Assembly: GCA_051362555.1 (NCBI GenBank)
Contig: CM120643.1
Coordinates: 22,014,848 to 22,078,847, forward strand
Length of the DNA stretch: 64,000 bases
Direction: 5' to 3'
Source: Lingula anatina
Taxonomy: Eukaryota; Animalia; Brachiopoda
A program made the position numbers and the translations under genes. Positions 60,627 through 64,000 of the stretch are shown here, piece after piece (within the stretch, counting starts at the first letter, position 1; every line of letters starts with the position of its first letter). The notes beneath the pieces are model-generated. The model was not told the DNA's origin and did no database searches. It worked only from the letters and a program-made list of their open reading frames with translations.

Positions 60627-61447
60627 ACAAGGCAGCAAAGCTGTCAAATGTACAGACAAAAAACAGAAAATAAAGATATAAAAAAGGTCATTTTGTCAAT
60701 TTTGATGCAATAATAAATAATGCTTATAATAGCACTGTCAGTCAACACTGAATTTTAATCATGCACAACAGGTAACATGGTCAATAACAGGAGCGGACCC
60801 TGAGATATTTTCTGACAGTATTCCAAAGTATCTATGTTGATCCATCCTCCATTTTGATGGTCTTCCAACAGAAAAAAATAGATACCAGTCAATATAAACT
60901 TAATAACCTGTCTTCCAGAAGACCCAGAAGATGGTCTCAATCCACCCCTTCAATAAGATTACAGTTTCAGGACCATGAGAGACCAAAGTCACATGATGAA
61001 AGTCTCAATATTTGAAAAATGATGACAGTGCATAAAATAATGTTTAAAGACATAAAAACAATACAATTGCTAATGTGGAAATACAGAAAATGTGCAGGGC
61101 CTCGAGCGGATGAGAGTTAAAAGTCACAAATGCAAGTGTTTGAGAAAAAATTGTAAAGGAAAACATAACAAAACTAGAAAACCACCGAGAGTGCAGACCT
61201 CTGCCAAGGCAGCACTTGTTGATTATTATTGATTATTGATTGATTATTGAGCCAGACCACCACTAAAAACTAATCATTGTCCTCTTTGGCCCAATTCTGA
61301 CAGTTCCTGAAAATTTCAGCAAAATCGGTCCATAATTTTTTGAGTTATGTTGATGACGGACAAACAGGGGTGAAAATATAACCTCCTTGGCAGAGCCTGA
61401 GGTAAATATAATTTCAATGAAGCTGCTATTCAAATTTTTAATCTTTG

Positions 61448-61496
<49 letters not shown>

Positions 61497-64000
61497 ACCT
61501 GCATAATTATCACTGCTTCCTTATTATTAATCTAGCAGAGAGCTTAACTTTTGGGAGTTTACAAGGAAATATCAACAAGTGTGCTTTATGTAATCTCCTT
61601 TAATGGCCTATCAATTAGGCAAATGACTTTATAACTCAGAAATTAGCTATGTGATACCCAAGGGATATTAACAGACTGACCCTCTCAAAGGTCTTTCAGG
61701 CCCATAAGTCACAACTTAAGAAGAGCACACAACAATAATGCACAAAATAGGAGACTACCACTTCTGATGCAATAATACATTATGTTTAACTGCACAGTCA
61801 ACATCAAATTTTAATTTTGCACAACAGGTAACACCGACGAAAGTAAAAGCATAAGGCTTCAGGCCCATCAGAGTTCAAGTTTATACTTAGAAAGTGCCAG
61901 AATAAGAAAAATGAAATTTCACACAAAATTGCATTAAATTCAATAATAAATGATAACCCAATTGACCTGGCTTTCTAATTTGAACTGCATGCCAATCCTA
62001 AAAACCATACTCTTAAGTTAAATATAATAATAAATAACACAGTTTTCTTTTCATAATGTTTGCAGTAGCAGTGCAAAAAGATTATTGTCAATTTTGATGT
62101 AACATTACATAATAAAATTATAGAATAATTATCACCAATTTTTTATTATTGACTATAAATAGCATGAACATGTAGAAAATTTGATTACCATCCGGCTTCA
62201 TGTCCATGGGAGCTCCGAGTCCCACAATGAATATGCCAAAAAGATAATGAATATTTCACTAAAATGTATAACTTCCAGAAAAAGAAGCCCATTAGACTGC
62301 TTTTCCAACTCGGGCTGCATTTAAGTCCTGTGTTTCTTTTTTGAAAGTTTGACAATCATAAGTAACACGGTTTTCCCATCATGGTCATCATGGCAGATGT
62401 GGATGATTGAATCTGACAAACTGCAATGATATGAGTTTATTTCCGTTTTGGACACTTGATTACACAATACATGATAACAAGTTTACCATCATTTTTACAT
62501 AATCAACTAACAATGTTGTAAAGATGCAGGAAATATCAAACAAACACTTTTACGTATCTTATTAGTTCAATAATGAGACTGTTAACATGCCGAAGAATTG
62601 AATCTGAGGAAATTTGAAAAAACAGTACAACTTCTAAAATAATGGCCCGATAACGCTGGTTTTCGGACTCAACCTGAATTTTTGTAAGATTGACCACTCC
62701 TGTGAGTATAATGACAATTGGCTAAGCTGTTTTTCTTATATTGTGTTATAAATGTTGCATATATGTTGAAAAAAGTGAAAAAACAGCATAAAAAATTAAA
62801 AGAAAATGTAAAATAAAACATAACAAAAAATACCAACAAAGCTGCTATTCAAACTTTTAATCTAGCTGTACAATTACTAACATGATATGAATAACCCTAT
62901 TGAGTTTGAGAATAATAAGGCACTGTTATTCATCTGTAGCATTAATGTAAGCGTTACACAAAATTTTTTTTGTAAACTTATTTTCCATATTAAATAACAT
63001 TTACCTGCATAATAATCATCGATTCCTAATTATGTGACACAGTTAAGAAAGCTAAACTGATGGGACTTTACAATGAAATCTCAATGTGTGTTTATGTAAT
63101 CTCATTTAATGCCCACCTGAAAATTAATTAAGCAACTTATTTTATAACCCTGAAATAACTTGAAAATCAATTAAGCAAATTATTTTATAACCCTGAATTA
63201 ACTGCCTACTATCCATATACATTTATTGCACCAATTAGCACTGTACTGCATTGCTTTCAAAACAGAAAACAATTACGATGGTTTTCCAACACAAGCTGCA
63301 CTTCAGTCTTTTCAGTAAGGTTGATTATCATAAGTAACATGGTTTTCCCTTAATCGCTATCCTGGCAGCAATGTCCAAAATAGGGTTTTCTTTAACTTTC
63401 ATGCAATATAACATAATACTTAACAACATAATGACCATCAATATTTTTATAAAAAAATAAAAGTATCATGGATATTCAGAAAATGTGATATGGAAAGGTC
63501 TCCAAGGACATGGAAGTTAGGGTCACACTTTCAAAATGCCAAAATGTTAACAAGAGATAACTGTACTGAAATGATTTTCTTTCCATTTTCAACACCTTTT
63601 TTACATAAAACCATAATCAATTAACTGTCATTTTTAAATGATCAACTAGGAAAATTGTTGACATAGGAAAAGTATCAATAGAACAATTTATGATGTCCAA
63701 TTAGCTCCATTTGGAGATTCTGAACATAGTAAATGATTGAATCTGACGAACTGCAATGATGAGTTCCTTTCCATTTTTGATACTTTATTACACAATGCAC
63801 GATAATAGGTTTACCGTCATTTTTATATAATCAACTAACAATATTGTTAAGAAGCAGAAAACGTTAAAACAACACTTTTACATATCCAATTAGTTCCGTA
63901 ATGAGACTGTTAACATGCTTAAGAATTAAATCTGAAGAAAAACCACTTATATACAAAAAGGCTAATAACTTCATCAAAACTTAACTGATCAAGCTTATTT
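60627..64000 (-). mobile_element. Second copy of the large HINE, running off the window end
   Basis: Starts acaaggcagcaaagctgtcaaatgtacagaca. Collinear with 35301-36870 including nested inserts, then a different arrangement of degenerate units. Confidence 0.85.

Overview
AT-rich, intron-containing animal (invertebrate-like) genomic DNA; I found no prokaryotic operon, rRNA, tRNA or CRISPR signal. Left end: the last exon of an apparently intact D-2-hydroxyacid dehydrogenase (glyoxylate/hydroxypyruvate reductase-like) gene on +, then two head-to-head pseudogene paralogues (2.65-4.2 kb) and about 12 kb of scrambled, amplified copies of that gene's 3' flank. A minus-strand HSPA12-type atypical Hsp70 gene runs from about 50.76 kb to 17.3 kb. 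It has four recognisable coding exons, a 31-kb transposon-filled last intron and two disabling lesions, so it is probably a pseudogene. That intron holds a full-length, TSD-flanked non-LTR retrotransposon (24221-30551, RTEX-like) with both ORFs open; its ORF1 joins an HPD-less DnaJ-like domain to an SGNH esterase. Also present: a Penelope-like palindrome with two inverted minimal hammerhead ribozyme motifs, a third hammerhead-like motif, Tc1, L2 and CR1-group relics, Helentron-type (HINE) elements with a 162-bp satellite array, several MITEs with clear TSDs, four-level nesting, and an 86-bp locally templated insertion. All calls come from reading and hand-translating the sequence; no database searches were run, and boundaries without a TSD or splice site are approximate.
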